NCBI GenBank assembly: GCA_963695095.1
Contig: CAVOFT010000001.1
Location: forward strand, 3,328,001-3,392,000
From: an uncultured bacterium
GTDB lineage: Bacteria; Krumholzibacteriota; Krumholzibacteriia; JACNKJ01
Length of the DNA stretch: 64,000 nucleotides
Reading direction: 5' to 3'
This document shows, in pieces, positions 48,090-59,396 of the stretch. How positions within the stretch are numbered: the first letter of the stretch is position 1; each line of letters begins with the position of its first letter. The notes below the pieces were generated by a model. That model saw only the letters and a program-made list of their open reading frames with translations. It had not been told where the DNA came from and ran no database searches. The translations under genes were made by a program, and so were the position numbers.

Positions 48090-49267
48090 CAGGCCTCCAC
48101 GGCGAAGGGCTCGGGCAGGTTCTCCCCGTGGAAGCGGTGGGCCAGACGCTGCACGATGCGGCGGGCGGCCTGGCCGTCCCCGTAGGGGTTCACCGCGCCC
48201 GCCATCTCGGCGTGGGCGGCCGGGTCGTCGAGGAGGCGGCTCAGCTCCAGCCGAATGCGCTCGGGGTCCGTGCCGACCAGGCGCACGGCGCCGGCCTCCA
48301 CGGCCTCGGGCCGCTCGGTGACCTCGCGCATCACGAGCACCGGCACGCCGAGGCTGGGCGCCTCCTCCTGCACGCCGCCGCTGTCGGTGATGATCACATG
48401 GGCCCGCTTCATCAGGTGCACGAAGGGCGCGTAGTCCAGCGGCTCGCAAAGGACCACGTTGGCGAGGCCGCCCAGGATGCGCGCGGCCGGTTCCTTCACG
48501 TTCGGGTTCGGATGCACCGGGTAGACGAGCAGGCAATCCGGATGGCTGTCGGCGATCGCCGCCAGCGCGGCAAAGGCGCGCTCGAGCGGAGCGCCGAAGG
48601 ACTCGCGGCGATGGGCCGTCATCAGCAGCAGGCGCCGGCCCGTCAAGTCGGGCAGCGCGGGCAGGCCGGGCGGCGCCTCCGGGCGCGCGGCCACGGTGAG
48701 CAGGGCGTCGATCACCGTGTTGCCGGTGACGAGGATGTCGTTGCCGTCCACGCCCTCGCTGCGCAGGTTCCAGGCCGCCTTGTGCGTGGGCGCGAAGTGC
48801 AGGTCGGTGAGCACGCCGGCGAGATGGCGGTTCATCTCCTCGGGGAAGGGGCTGTAGCGGCGGCCCGTGCGCAGGCCCGCCTCGACGTGGCCGACGGGGA
48901 TCTTGAGATAGTAGGCGGCCAGGGCGCCGATGAAGGTGGTGGTCGTGTCGCCGTGGACGAGCACCATGTCGGGGGTCAGCTCGCTGAAGGTCCGCTCCAG
49001 GCCGCGCAGCGCGCGCTCGGTGACGTCGAAGAGGCTCTGGCCCGCCTGCATGATGTCCAGGTCGCGGTCCGGCTGGATGTCGAAGAGACGGAAGACCTGA
49101 TCGAGCAGCTCCCGGTGCTGAGCCGTGGCCACGACGAGGGGCCGCCAGCGGGCCGGCGCGGCGCGCAGCTCGCGGATCACGGGGGCCATCTTGATGGCCT
49201 CGGGGCGGGTGCCGACCACGACCGCGATGGCGGTGGGGCGATTGTTCGAGCTCGTGCTGGGGGTCAT
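48089..49267 (-). CDS. wecB: UDP-N-acetylglucosamine 2-epimerase (non-hydrolysing)
   Basis: GTRPEAIKMAP, VHGDTTT, HVEAGLRT, PFPEEMNR, HRRES, TDSGGVQEEAP, NPYGDG. Confidence 0.97.
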   Translation of the reverse strand: MTPSTSSNNRPTAIAVVVGTRPEAIKMAPVIRELRAAPARWRPLVVATAQHRELLDQVFRLFDIQPDRDLDIMQAGQSLFDVTERALRGLERTFSELTPDMVLVHGDTTTTFIGALAAYYLKIPVGHVEAGLRTGRRYSPFPEEMNRHLAGVLTDLHFAPTHKAAWNLRSEGVDGNDILVTGNTVIDALLTVAARPEAPPGLPALPDLTGRRLLLMTAHRRESFGAPLERAFAALAAIADSHPDCLLVYPVHPNPNVKEPAARILGGLANVVLCEPLDYAPFVHLMKRAHVIITDSGGVQEEAPSLGVPVLVMREVTERPEAVEAGAVRLVGTDPERIRLELSRLLDDPAAHAEMAGAVNPYGDGQAARRIVQRLAHRFHGENLPEPFAVEA

Positions 49268-49406
49268 GCGCAGTCTCATCTCCGGGCAAATCCTGAAACC
49301 TATAGCAACATTGCCCGGCCGCCGCCATGAAAATGGCATGATATCGCTTGGGGCGGGCGCGAGCCTGGTCTAGGCTGCGCGCGCGACTCGCTTCCAGGAG
49401 CGCGCC

Positions 49407-50297
49407 TTGAAGACTCCGATCCAGAGGGTGAGCAGCATCTACCACGAGGCGCTGGCCAGCCTGCGCTCGTGGCGGAACTGGTTTCCTCTCTTGATCTTCT
49501 GGCTGGCGCAGGGAATCGCGCTCGGGATCCTGGTCGCGCTCATCGCCCGGCCCGGCGGCGGCTGGCTGCGCTGGCTGCTGCACGCCCTGTCCGGCCCCGA
49601 GGCCACGGACTACCCGCGCTTCTTTCTCGTCCTGCCGGACCTCCACCGGCGCCTCTACCTGGTTCTGGCCGCCAGCCTGGGCGTCTATCTGCAGGGCGTG
49701 AGCCTTCTGCAACTGCTGAACTGGCATACCAGGGGAAAGCTGCGGCGCGAGACGCCCTGGCGCCGCGCCTTCGCCCGCTGGCCGGGGCTCATCCTGATCA
49801 ACCTGGTGCTGCTGGCGTGCTTTCTGCTGCCCCTGGCGGCGGTGGAGCGGGTGCTGCTGCCCCTGTTCGGCGACCAGGTGCCCGATCGCCTGTCCCTGCT
49901 GGCCGCCTACGCTTTCGGCTTCGTGGCTGCCATCGCCCTGCTCTACGCGCCCTTCCTCTACGTGGCCTTCAGCAGCGGCTGGTGGGCGGCCATCCGCGGC
50001 AGCTTCCGCTTCGCATGGAAGCACGCCAGCGTCAGCCTGGTCCTCGTGCTCGTGCCCTTCCTGCTCGCCTTGCCCATCCACGGGCTGATGCTCCTGCGCC
50101 GCACCATCGTCATGGACTTCCGGCCCGAGCTGATGCTGCACCTGCTGCTCTTCGGGAGCTTCTTCACCTTGCTCCTGCTCTTCGTGGAGCTGTCCACCCT
50201 CGTGCGCTACTACGCCGAGGAGGAGCTGCGCCGGCCCTACCAGGGCGAGTGGGACGACAAGCCCGAGATCACGCGCGCCTACACGGACGCCGGCTAG
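49407..50297 (+). CDS. Hypothetical polytopic membrane protein
   Basis: AGGAG RBS before TTG; about six hydrophobic segments. Confidence 0.75.
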   Translation: MKTPIQRVSSIYHEALASLRSWRNWFPLLIFWLAQGIALGILVALIARPGGGWLRWLLHALSGPEATDYPRFFLVLPDLHRRLYLVLAASLGVYLQGVSLLQLLNWHTRGKLRRETPWRRAFARWPGLILINLVLLACFLLPLAAVERVLLPLFGDQVPDRLSLLAAYAFGFVAAIALLYAPFLYVAFSSGWWAAIRGSFRFAWKHASVSLVLVLVPFLLALPIHGLMLLRRTIVMDFRPELMLHLLLFGSFFTLLLLFVELSTLVRYYAEEELRRPYQGEWDDKPEITRAYTDAG

Positions 50298-53200
50298 CGC
50301 AGCAGCACCAGCTTCTGGCTCTCGTTCACGCCCGCCGCCTGCAGGCGGATGAAGTAGACGCCCGAGCCGGCAGCGCGGCCCGCCTCGTCGCGGCCGTCCC
50401 AGACCAAGGCATGCGGGCCCGCCGCCTGCTCGGCGTCCAGCAGCCGGCGCACTTCGCCGCCCCGCCACGTCGTAGACGCCCAGGCGCGCCCGACCCGCCG
50501 CGCCCAGCGTGAAGGGCACCGTCACGCTCGGGATTGAAGGGATTCGGGTGCGCGGCGAGCAGCGCCGTGCGCAGGGCGAGGCCCGCGACCGCGAGCTGCT
50601 CGTCGCGCAGGGGCTGCCAGTCCTCGCCGGGCAGGCGGCCCCAGAGCCGGTAGCGCACCGAGCCCGCGCTCGCCAAGGCCGCGGCGTGGTCTTCGGCGGC
50701 GTACTGGCCCGGCGCCGTCTCCTGCCAGGGCACCAGCCAGGAGAGGCCGTCCCGCTCGCCCTCGAGGCGGAACTCCGCGTCGCCGCCGCCCAGGTAGCTC
50801 CAGCGGATGCGGGCGGCGCCGCCCAGGTCCTCGAGGCTGAAGTCGGCGAGCGCGACCGGCATTGCGATCGTGCAGCTGCAGCCGCCGGGCAGGGACCCCG
50901 TGCAGTTGAAGGTGAAATGGCCCGGCTCGCACCAGTACTCGACGTAGTCGGTGCCCACCAGCACGAGGTTGCCGCTGTCCAGGCTCTCGCGCATGGTGAT
51001 GCGGTGGTCCACGCCGATCCAGCTCTCCTGGATCTCGAAGAAGTCGATGGTGCCGAGCAGGGCGATCGGCCCGGGCAGCGGCGGGTTGAAGGCCAGGGCG
51101 ATGCCGTGGCCGGCCTCGCCGATCACGAGCGGGGTGTGCCAGTTGTAGGTGATGATGCCGCCGCTGCCCGCTTCCGGCAGGTTGGCGATGCTGAACTCGG
51201 CGGCCGTGATCCCCGCGAAGTACTCCGGCAGGATCGCGAAGACGTAGACCGTAGCGGTCTGGAAGGGGAGCTGGTTCAGCTCGCAGAGGACCGCGTTCTC
51301 CTCGCCGTAGAGCCCGAGCAAGGGCGTGCCCCCGCCACCGCCCGTTCCCGTGCCGTAACAGGAGATCGACGGGCAATCGGCCAGGCCCGTCGTGATCAGG
51401 GCCGAGAAGACGCCCATGCCGCCGGGGTGGAAGCTGGCCCGCGCATTCAGGGTCTCGCCGGGATCGAGGAGGAAGGGGCCCGCGCCCAGGCTCAGCGAGA
51501 AGTACTGCCCGCTGATCTGGAGGTTGCCGGCCAGAGGCCCGTAGCCGATGTTCGTGATGCTGAAGTCGCGGTGGGCGGTGTTGCCGTAATGGACCAGGCC
51601 GAAGATCAGCTCGGTAGCGGAAAGCTGGCAGGCGCCGGCCTCGAAGTCCAGGCAGTCACAGAGCCCGGGATCCAGGCAGTTGAGCGTGCAGCGGCCCCCG
51701 CCCACATCCCAGCTCAGCCCGTCAGCGTCGTCCACGCGCAGCTGGTCGCCGTCCAGGGAGCGCTCCACGCGCAGGACGAGGTTGTCGGGCAGGCTGACGA
51801 GGGGATAGACCGTCAGCCACCCCAGCGCGACGAGTTCGCCCGGCTGCGGGGCTGCGAAGTCGAAGCGGATGCCCGTGGCGATGTCGCCGCTCGCAGGCGG
51901 CGTGAACCACAGCGCGTCGACTTCGGCCAGTCCGGCGAGCGCCTCGAGCCCGGCGACGCGGAACTCCGCACCCGTGATGCCGGGTTCGGCGAAGCTCGGC
52001 ACCTTGGCCAGCACGAAGAGCGTGTCGGCCGTGCCGATCGGGAAGTCGCCCGCGCAGAGAGTGCCCGCCTCGTCCAGAAAGAGGCCGATATGATCGCCGG
52101 CAGGCACCGGATTGCGGGCGAAGCCGCGCAGGGGGACGATCGCGCAGGAGGAGGCGCCCAGGTCGACCTCGGCGGCATGGGGGCCATAGCCGGCGGGATC
52201 GTAGCGCAGCGTCACCTGCCGTCCCTGTCCGGGCTGCAGCGTGAAGGCGCCGCCGCCGGTGAGCAGGTGGAAGTGCTCGCTGTCCAGGGTGACATCGCCG
52301 ACCAGGGGGCCGTCGCCGGTGTTCGCGATGTTGAAGCTCGCGTTGGCGTAGGTGCCCAGGATCAGCTCGCCGAAGTCGAGGCTGTCCGGTTCGATCAGGC
52401 AGATCGGCGCCGGCTCATGGGCCTGCCCGTTCAGGGGCAGCTCGCCGCAGGTGGCATTGCCCGTCTCCACGACGGCGGGGTGAGGGCCGAAATCCAGGGG
52501 CGTGTAGCGCACCGTGAAGGCCCGGGTCGCGCCCGGCGCCAGGCTGTAGGCTCCCCCACCCTGAGTGACGCTGTAGTTCGGGTCGCTCACGCTGATCGCG
52601 CCTTCGAGCAGGCCATCCCCCGTGTTGCGCAGCTCGGCCGGCAGCTCGGCGCTCGTGCCGAGGGCGATGTCGCCGAAGTCGAGCGCGGCCGGATCGAGCG
52701 TGCAGCCATAGCACCGGCTCATGGGCCGCGCCCGTGCAGGGCACGGCCTCGCAGTACTCGCTGCCCAGGTCGACGGCGCACTCGTAGGCCCCCGGCGCGC
52801 TGGGCGCGAAGCGCAGGGTCACCGTGCGCGTCTGGTTGGCGGCCAGAGAGTAGGCGCCTGCCCCCGCGATGAGGGAGAAGTGCGGGCAATCCTCGCTGAC
52901 GACTCCCGTCAGCTCGCCCACGCCGATGTTGCGGATGACGAAGCTCAGGTCCTGCGTGGCGCCCACCGCGAGGTCGCCGAACTCGAGGCTCGCGGGCGTC
53001 ACCTGGCAGTGGGGCTCCGGCGCATAGCCGGTGCCGCTGCAGATCAGCTCCGGGCAGTAGGTGTTGCCCAGCTCGATGGCACAGGTCTTCGGACCGCTGC
53101 TCTCGGGGGCGAAACGGACGTAGACCGCACGCCCATCGCCCGCGGCCAGGCTGAAGGGTCCGGCGCCGGCGGTGATGGAGAAGTCCGGACAGTCCTCGCC

Positions 53201-55303
53201 GACGAAGCCGGCGAGGATGCCCTCGCCCTGATTCCAGATCGTGAATTGCTGCTGCGAGGAGCTGCCCACGGAGACGACGCCGAAGTTGAGCGAGGGCGGC
53301 TGCAGCACGCAGACAGGCTCCAAGGGGGAGAAGCAGGGGCAGCTCGGCGGATCGCTGCAGTTGAAGGTGAAGGCGCCGCCGGCGACGGCCAGCTCGTCGT
53401 AGTTGTCGTCCACGATGACCAGACCGCTGCCGTTGAGGGCGGGCGCCACGCTCACCGTGTGGTCGGGGCCGATCCAGTCGGTCTGTTCGTAGCTGCTGAA
53501 GACGAGGTAGCCGATCTCGACGATGGGCCCGGGCTGCGGGCTGGACCAGGCCAGCGCGATGCCGTCCTCGAGATTGCCGATGACCAGCGAGGTGCTCCAG
53601 GTGGCCGTGTAGCTGCCGGCAGGGGGCACTCCATTGAAGGGCAGGTTGGCGAGGCGGAATTCGCAGGCCGTGATGCCCGCGCCCGCGAAGTCCGGCAGCA
53701 CGGCCAGCACGCGCACCTGCACGACCTGGCTGGAGCCGTCCAGGGGTCCCTGGCAGATCTGCGCCTCGGGATCGCGATAGAGGCCGATGTGATTGCCCGC
53801 GGGCTCGCTGATCTCCTGGCCCCATCCCCTGAGAGTCACCGGCGGGCAGTCGTTCGTGCCCAGGTCCAGCGCGCACTCGTGGGCACCGGCTGCTGTCGGA
53901 CTGAAGCGGATCTGGATCACGCGGCTGGCGCCGGGCGCGACATCGAAGTGCCCGCTGGTGAGCACGGTGAAGGCCGGCACCTCGGGGCAGGGTTGAGCCG
54001 GGATGTCCAGGGGCAGGCTGGCCGTGCCCGTGTTCGTCACCGTCAGCACGCGCAGGCGCTGTTCGCCCAGGAGCGTGGCGCCGAAGTCGAGGCTTTCGGG
54101 CGTCACCTCGCAGCTCGCTTCTCCCGCGAAGGCGGTGCCGAAGCAACGCAGCTCCGAGCACTGGTCGGTGCCGAGATCGACATCGCAGTGCAGGTTGCCG
54201 CTGACCAGGGGCGCAAAGCGGACGGTGATCGTGTGTCCCTCGCCGCCCGCCAGGCTGAAGGCCCCGGCGCCGGCGACGACCTCGAAGTCCGGGCAATCCT
54301 CGCCGACGAAGCCGGACAGGACGCCGCCGCCCAGGTTCCAGATCGTGCAATCCAACTCGGCGCTCTCGCCGACATCGAGGCTGCCGAAGCCTAGCGAGTT
54401 GGGCAGGAGCTGGCAGACCGGTTCGCTTCCCTCATAGCAGGGACAGCTCGGCGGATCGCTGCAGTTGAAGGTGAAGCGGCCCCCGCCGACGCTCAGCTCC
54501 GTCGCGCTCTCGGCATCGACAACGATCAAGTCGGCGTGCGAGAAGCCGGGAAGGGCTGCGAGCGTGTGATCGGGACCGATCCAGTCGTCGGCCTGGAGCG
54601 ACATGAAGGTGATCGTGCCGATCTCGACGATGGGCCCGGGCTGTGGCGTGCCCCAGGCCAGGGCGATGCCGGTCTCCAGGTTGCCGATGATCAGGTCGGT
54701 GGTCCAGGTGACCGACCAGAAGCCCTCCGGCGGCGCGCTCGGGGGCAGGCCGGCGACGCTGAACTCACAGGCCGAGATGCCCGAGCCCTCGTAGTCCGGC
54801 AGCACGGCGAGCACGCGCACTGTCACGATCTGCCCGGGGCCGTCCAGCGGCCCCTGGCAGATCTGCGCGTCCGTGTCCAGGTAGAGGCCGATGTGGTTGC
54901 CCAGCGGCTCGCTGGGTTCTTGACCCCAGCCGGCAAGAGTCACCGGGGGGCAATCGTTCGTGCCCAGATCCAGTTCGCAGCTGTAGGCACCGGCCGCGGC
55001 GGGAGCGAAGCTGATCTCGATCGCCTGGCTCTCGCCGGGCGGGACATCGAAGTGCCCGCTGGTGAGCGCGGTGAAGGCCGGGGCTTCGGGACAGGGTTGC
55101 GCGGGGACGTCCAGCGGCAGCGCGGCCGTGCCCGTGTTCGTCACCGTCAGCACGCGCAGGCGCTGTTCGCCCAGGAGCGTGGCGCCGAAGTCGAGCGTCT
55201 CGAAGTCCACCGCGCAGTCCTGCGCCCGGGCGACTCCGAGCGGCAGGGCTGCCGTGGCGAGCAGGAGCAATCCCCAGAGGCGCAGCTGTCCTTTCACCGC
55301 CAT
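50294..55303 (-). CDS. Giant secreted Cys-rich protein: 8 ASH/choice-of-anchor-D domains + 4 IGL(Y/F)-type domains + PVxL Ig + CTD; apparent insertions at ~52710, ~50530, ~50452
   Basis: GAAGGAG RBS, signal peptide, repeats C.V.P.SL.FG...N.G...F.L.PG...V.F.P...G...C..DLG...C. Frames rejoin collinearly with paralog 55365-59262; ends QKLVLLR*. Confidence 0.85.
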
Positions 55304-55364
55304 CTCCTTCCCCGTGCAGGGCGCTCGATGCGGTGGCCCTGCCGCCTTTGATAAAAGCCGCCGC

Positions 55365-58300
55365 CTAGCGCAGCAGCACCAGCTTCTGGCTCTCGTTCAC
55401 GCCCGCGGCCTGCAGGCGGATGAAGTAGACGCCCGAGCCGGCAGCGCGGCCCGCTTCGTCGCGGCCGTCCCAGATGAGCGCGTGCGGCCCCGCCGCCGAT
55501 TCCTCATCCAGCAGCGACCTCACCTGCCGGCCCGCCACGTCGTAGACCGCCAGGCGCACGCGGCCGGCCTGGCCCAGCGTGAAGGGCACCGTGACGTTCG
55601 GATTGAAGGGATTCGGGTGCGCGGCAAGCAGCGCCGTGCGCAGGGCGAGTCCCGCCACCGCGAGCTGCTCGTCGCGCAGAGGCTGCCAGGTCTCCCCGGG
55701 CAGGCGGCCCCAGAGCCGGTAGCGCACGCTGCCCGCGCTGCTCAAGGCCGCGGCGCGGTCCTCGGCGGCGTACTGACCCGGCGCCGTCTCCTGCCAGGGC
55801 ACGAGCCAGGAGAAGCCGTCCCGCTCGCCCTCGAGGCGGAACTCGGCGTCGCCGCCGCCCTCATGGCTCCAGCGGATGCGGGCGCTGCCGCCCAGATCCT
55901 CGAGGCTGAAGGCGCTCAGCGCGACGGGCATGGTGATGAAGCAGTCGCAACCACCGGGCAGGCCGCCCTCGCAGTTGAGCGTGATGTGCCCCGGCTCGCA
56001 CCAGTACTCCACGTAGTCCGTACCCACGACCACCATGTTGCCGCTGCCCTGGCTGGGCACGATGGTCATCCGGTGGTCAGCGCCGATCCAGTTCGGACTG
56101 ATCGGGAAGAGCTCGATCGTGCCCAGTTGCGCCAGCGGGCCCGGCAGCCAGGGGCTGAAGGCGAGGGCAACGCCGTAGCCGGGCTCGCCGATCACGAGCA
56201 TTGTATTCCAGTTGTAGGTGACGATGCCGCCGTTGCCCGACGCCGGCAGGTTGTCGATGGCGAACTCCGCCGCCGTGATGCCGGGCAGCCAGTAGGGCAA
56301 GAGCGCGGTCACGTAGACCGACGCCGGCTGGTAGAGCGGCACGTCCAGCTCGCAGTAGACCGCATTCTGGTCGCCGTAGAGACCGAGGAAGGGATTGCCG
56401 CCGCCGCCGCCCGTGGCGGTGCCGAAGCAATGCACCTCGGGGCAATCCGCCAGGCCCGTCGTGACGGTGGCCTCGAAGATGCCCACGCCGCCCGGCTGGA
56501 AGCTGACGCGGACCAGCCGCATCTCGCCGGGATCGAGCAGGAAGGGCCCCTCGCCCTCGGTGATGTGGAAGTAGGTGCCGCTGATCTGCACATCGCCGGC
56601 CATCGGCGCGTAGCCGACGTTGCTGATCGTGAAGTTGCGGTGGGCGCTGTTGCCGTAGCTGACGGTGCCGAAATCCAGCTCCGTGCTCGAGAGCGCGCAG
56701 GCGCCGGCCTCGAAGTCCAGGCAGTCGCAGAGCTCGGGATCCAGGCAGTTGAGCGTGAAGCGGCCGCCGCCCAGGTCCCAGCCCAATCCGGCGCCGTCAT
56801 TCACCCGGAGCTGATCGCCGTCGAGTGAGCGCTCCACGCGCAGGACGAGGTTGTCGGGCAGGTTGACGAGCGGATAGACCGTCAGCCAGCCCAGCGCCAC
56901 GAATTCTCCGGGCAGTGGCGCGCCGAAGTCGAAGCGGATGCCGATGGCGATGTCGCCGCCCAGGGGCGGGTAGAACCAGGTCGCGGTGACTTCGGCCAGA
57001 CCGGCGAGCGCCTCGAGCCCGGCCACGCGGAACTCGGCCGCCGTGATGCCGGGGTCGGCGAAGCTGGGCACCTTGGCGATCACGAAGACGGTGTCGGGAA
57101 TGCCGATCGGGAAGTCACCGGCGCAGAGGGTGCCCGCCTCGTCCAGGAAGAGGCCGATGTGATCGCTGGCCGGCACCGGATTGCGAGCGAAGCCGCTCAG
57201 CGGCACCGTCGCGCAGGCCGCCGCGCCCAGCTCCACCTCGGCGCCGTGCGGACCGTAACTCGCGGGATCATAGCGCAGGGTGACCTGCCGCGCCTGGCCG
57301 GCCGGCAGGGTGAAGGGACCGCCGCCCGACAGCAGGTGGAAGTGCTCGCTGTCGAGGGTGATGTCGCCGACCAGGGGCCCATCGCCATCGTTGGCAAGGG
57401 TGAAGCTGCCGTTGGCAGAGTTGCCCAGCAGCAGTTCGCCGAAATCGAGGCTGGCCGGCAGGATCTCGCAGGTCGGCGCCGGCTCGTGGGCCTGCCCGTC
57501 CAGGGGCAGCTCGCCGCAGGTGGCATTGCCCGTCTCGACGACGGCCGGATGCGGCCCGTAGTCCAGGGGCGTGTAGCGCACCGTGAACTGCCGCAGGGCT
57601 CCCGCCGCCAGGCTGTAGGCCCCGCCGCCCTGAACGACGCTGTAGTTGGGATCGCTCACGCTGATCGTGCCTTCGAGCAGGAGATCGCCGGTGTTGCGCA
57701 GCTCGGCCTGCAGATCGGCGCTCGTGCCGAGGGCGATGTCCCCGAAATCGAGCGCGTCCGGATCGAGCGTGCAGCCAAGGACCGGCTCATGGGCCGCGCC
57801 CGTGCAGGGCACGGCATCGCAGTACTCGCTGCCCAGATCGACGGCGCACTCGTAGGCCCCCGGCGCGCTGGGCGCGAAGCGCAGGGTCACCGTGCGGGTC
57901 TGGTTGGCGGCCAGCGAGTAGGCGCCCTCCCCGGCGATGAGGGAGAAGTCCGGGCAGTCCTCACTGACAGTGCCCTCCAGCAGGCCGACACCGGTGTTGC
58001 GAATGACGAAGCTCAGGTTCTGCGTCGCGCCGACCGCCAGATCGCCGAAGGCAAGGTGGTCGGGCGTCAGCTGGCAGATCGGCACCGGCGCGTAGCCGCT
58101 GCCCGTGCAGACCAGCTCCGAGCAGTAGCTGTTGCCGAGATCGATGATGCAGGTCTTCGGACCCGTGCTCAGGGGCGCGAAGCGCACGTAGACCGTGTGC
58201 CCCTCGCCGCTCGCCACGCTGAAGGTGCCGGCGCCGGCCAGGATGGAGAAGTCCGGGCAGTCGGCGCTGACGAAGCCGGCGAGCGGCCCGTCGCCCTGGT

Positions 58301-59262
58301 TCCAGATCGTGAAGCTCTGCTCCGAGCTGTTGCCCACGTTCACGACGCCGAAGTTCAGCGAGGGGGGCTGCAGCACGCAGAGCGGCGGGGACGGTTCGAA
58401 GCAGGGGCAGCTTGGCGGGTTCGTGCAGTTGAAGGTGAAGGCGCCGCCGCCCACGGCCAGCTCGTTGTAGTTGTCGTCCACGATGACGAGCGCATCGCCC
58501 CAGAGTGGAGCGTTCCACGGTCATCGTGTGGTCGAGGCCGATCCAGTCGGTCTGCTCGAAGCTGCGGAAGACGATGTAGCCGAGCTCGACGATGGGCCCC
58601 GGCTGCGGGGCGGGCCAGGCCAGCGCGATGCCCTCTTCGAGATCGTCGCCGATCACGAGCGAGGTGTTCCAGTTCACCGTGTAGCTGCCCGCCGGCGGGA
58701 GGCCGTTCTCCGGCACGTTGGCGATGCGGAACTCGCAGGCGGTGATGCCCGCGCCCGCGAAGTCCGGCAGCACGGCGAGGATGCGCACCTGCAGCACCTG
58801 GTTGGCTCCGTCCAGGGGCGCCTGGCAGACCTGCGCTTCGGGGTCGCGATAGAGACCGATGTGATTGCCCGCGGGCTCGCTGATCTCCTGCCCCCAGCCC
58901 GTCAGGGCGACCGGCGGGCAGTCGTTCGTGCCCAGGTCCAGCTCGCATTCATGGGCGCCGACGGCCGCCGGCGTGAAGCGGATCTGGATCACCCGGCTCG
59001 CACCGGGCGCGACATCGAAGTGCCCGCTGGTGAGCACGGTGAAGGCCGGCACGCCGGGGCAAGGTAAGGCCGGAATGTCCAGGGGCAGGCTGGCGGTGCC
59101 GGTGTTGGTCACCGTGAGCGAGCGCAGGCGCTGCTCGCCGAGGAGCGCGGCTCCGAAGTCGAGCGTCTCGAAATCGACGGCGCAGTCCTGCGCAAAGGCG
59201 CCGCCGGCGGCCGCGATCAGGACGACGAGCGCAAGCAGCGCGCGGAGATTCAGCCTGGACAT
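55365..59262 (-). CDS. Paralogous giant secreted protein: 6 ASH domains + 3 IGL(Y/F)-type domains + PVxL Ig + CTD; apparent insertion at ~58500
   Basis: GGGAGG RBS, signal peptide MSRLNLRALLALVVLIAAAGGAFA; ORFs 57961-59289 and 55365-58481 join by removing one base. Confidence 0.87.
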
Positions 59263-59297
59263 GGTGGCCTCCCTTCGTTCCCCTCTCACCCCCTCGA

Positions 59298-59306
59298 ATT
59301 ATAGCA
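59298..59306 (-). promoter_or_regulatory. Extended -10 element TGCTATAAT
   Basis: Perfect TGnTATAAT about 36 bp upstream of ATG 59262. Confidence 0.6.
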
Positions 59307-59396
59307 TAGAGCACCCCGAAATGCCGAATTCCAGACTTCGATTCGAGAATTGCGCCGTGATCGGGCATCAGGCCGCGCCAGCGGCGCCGCCGCGCG

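Noticed and set aside
49333..49350. Sigma54-like TGGCATGATATCGC
   Set aside because: GG-to-GC spacing is 9 rather than the required 10.
50294..59262. Diversity-generating retroelement TR/VR pair or CRISPR array
   Set aside because: The repeats are in-frame protein domains, differences are not adenine-specific, and there is no reverse transcriptase, cas gene or repeat-spacer periodicity.
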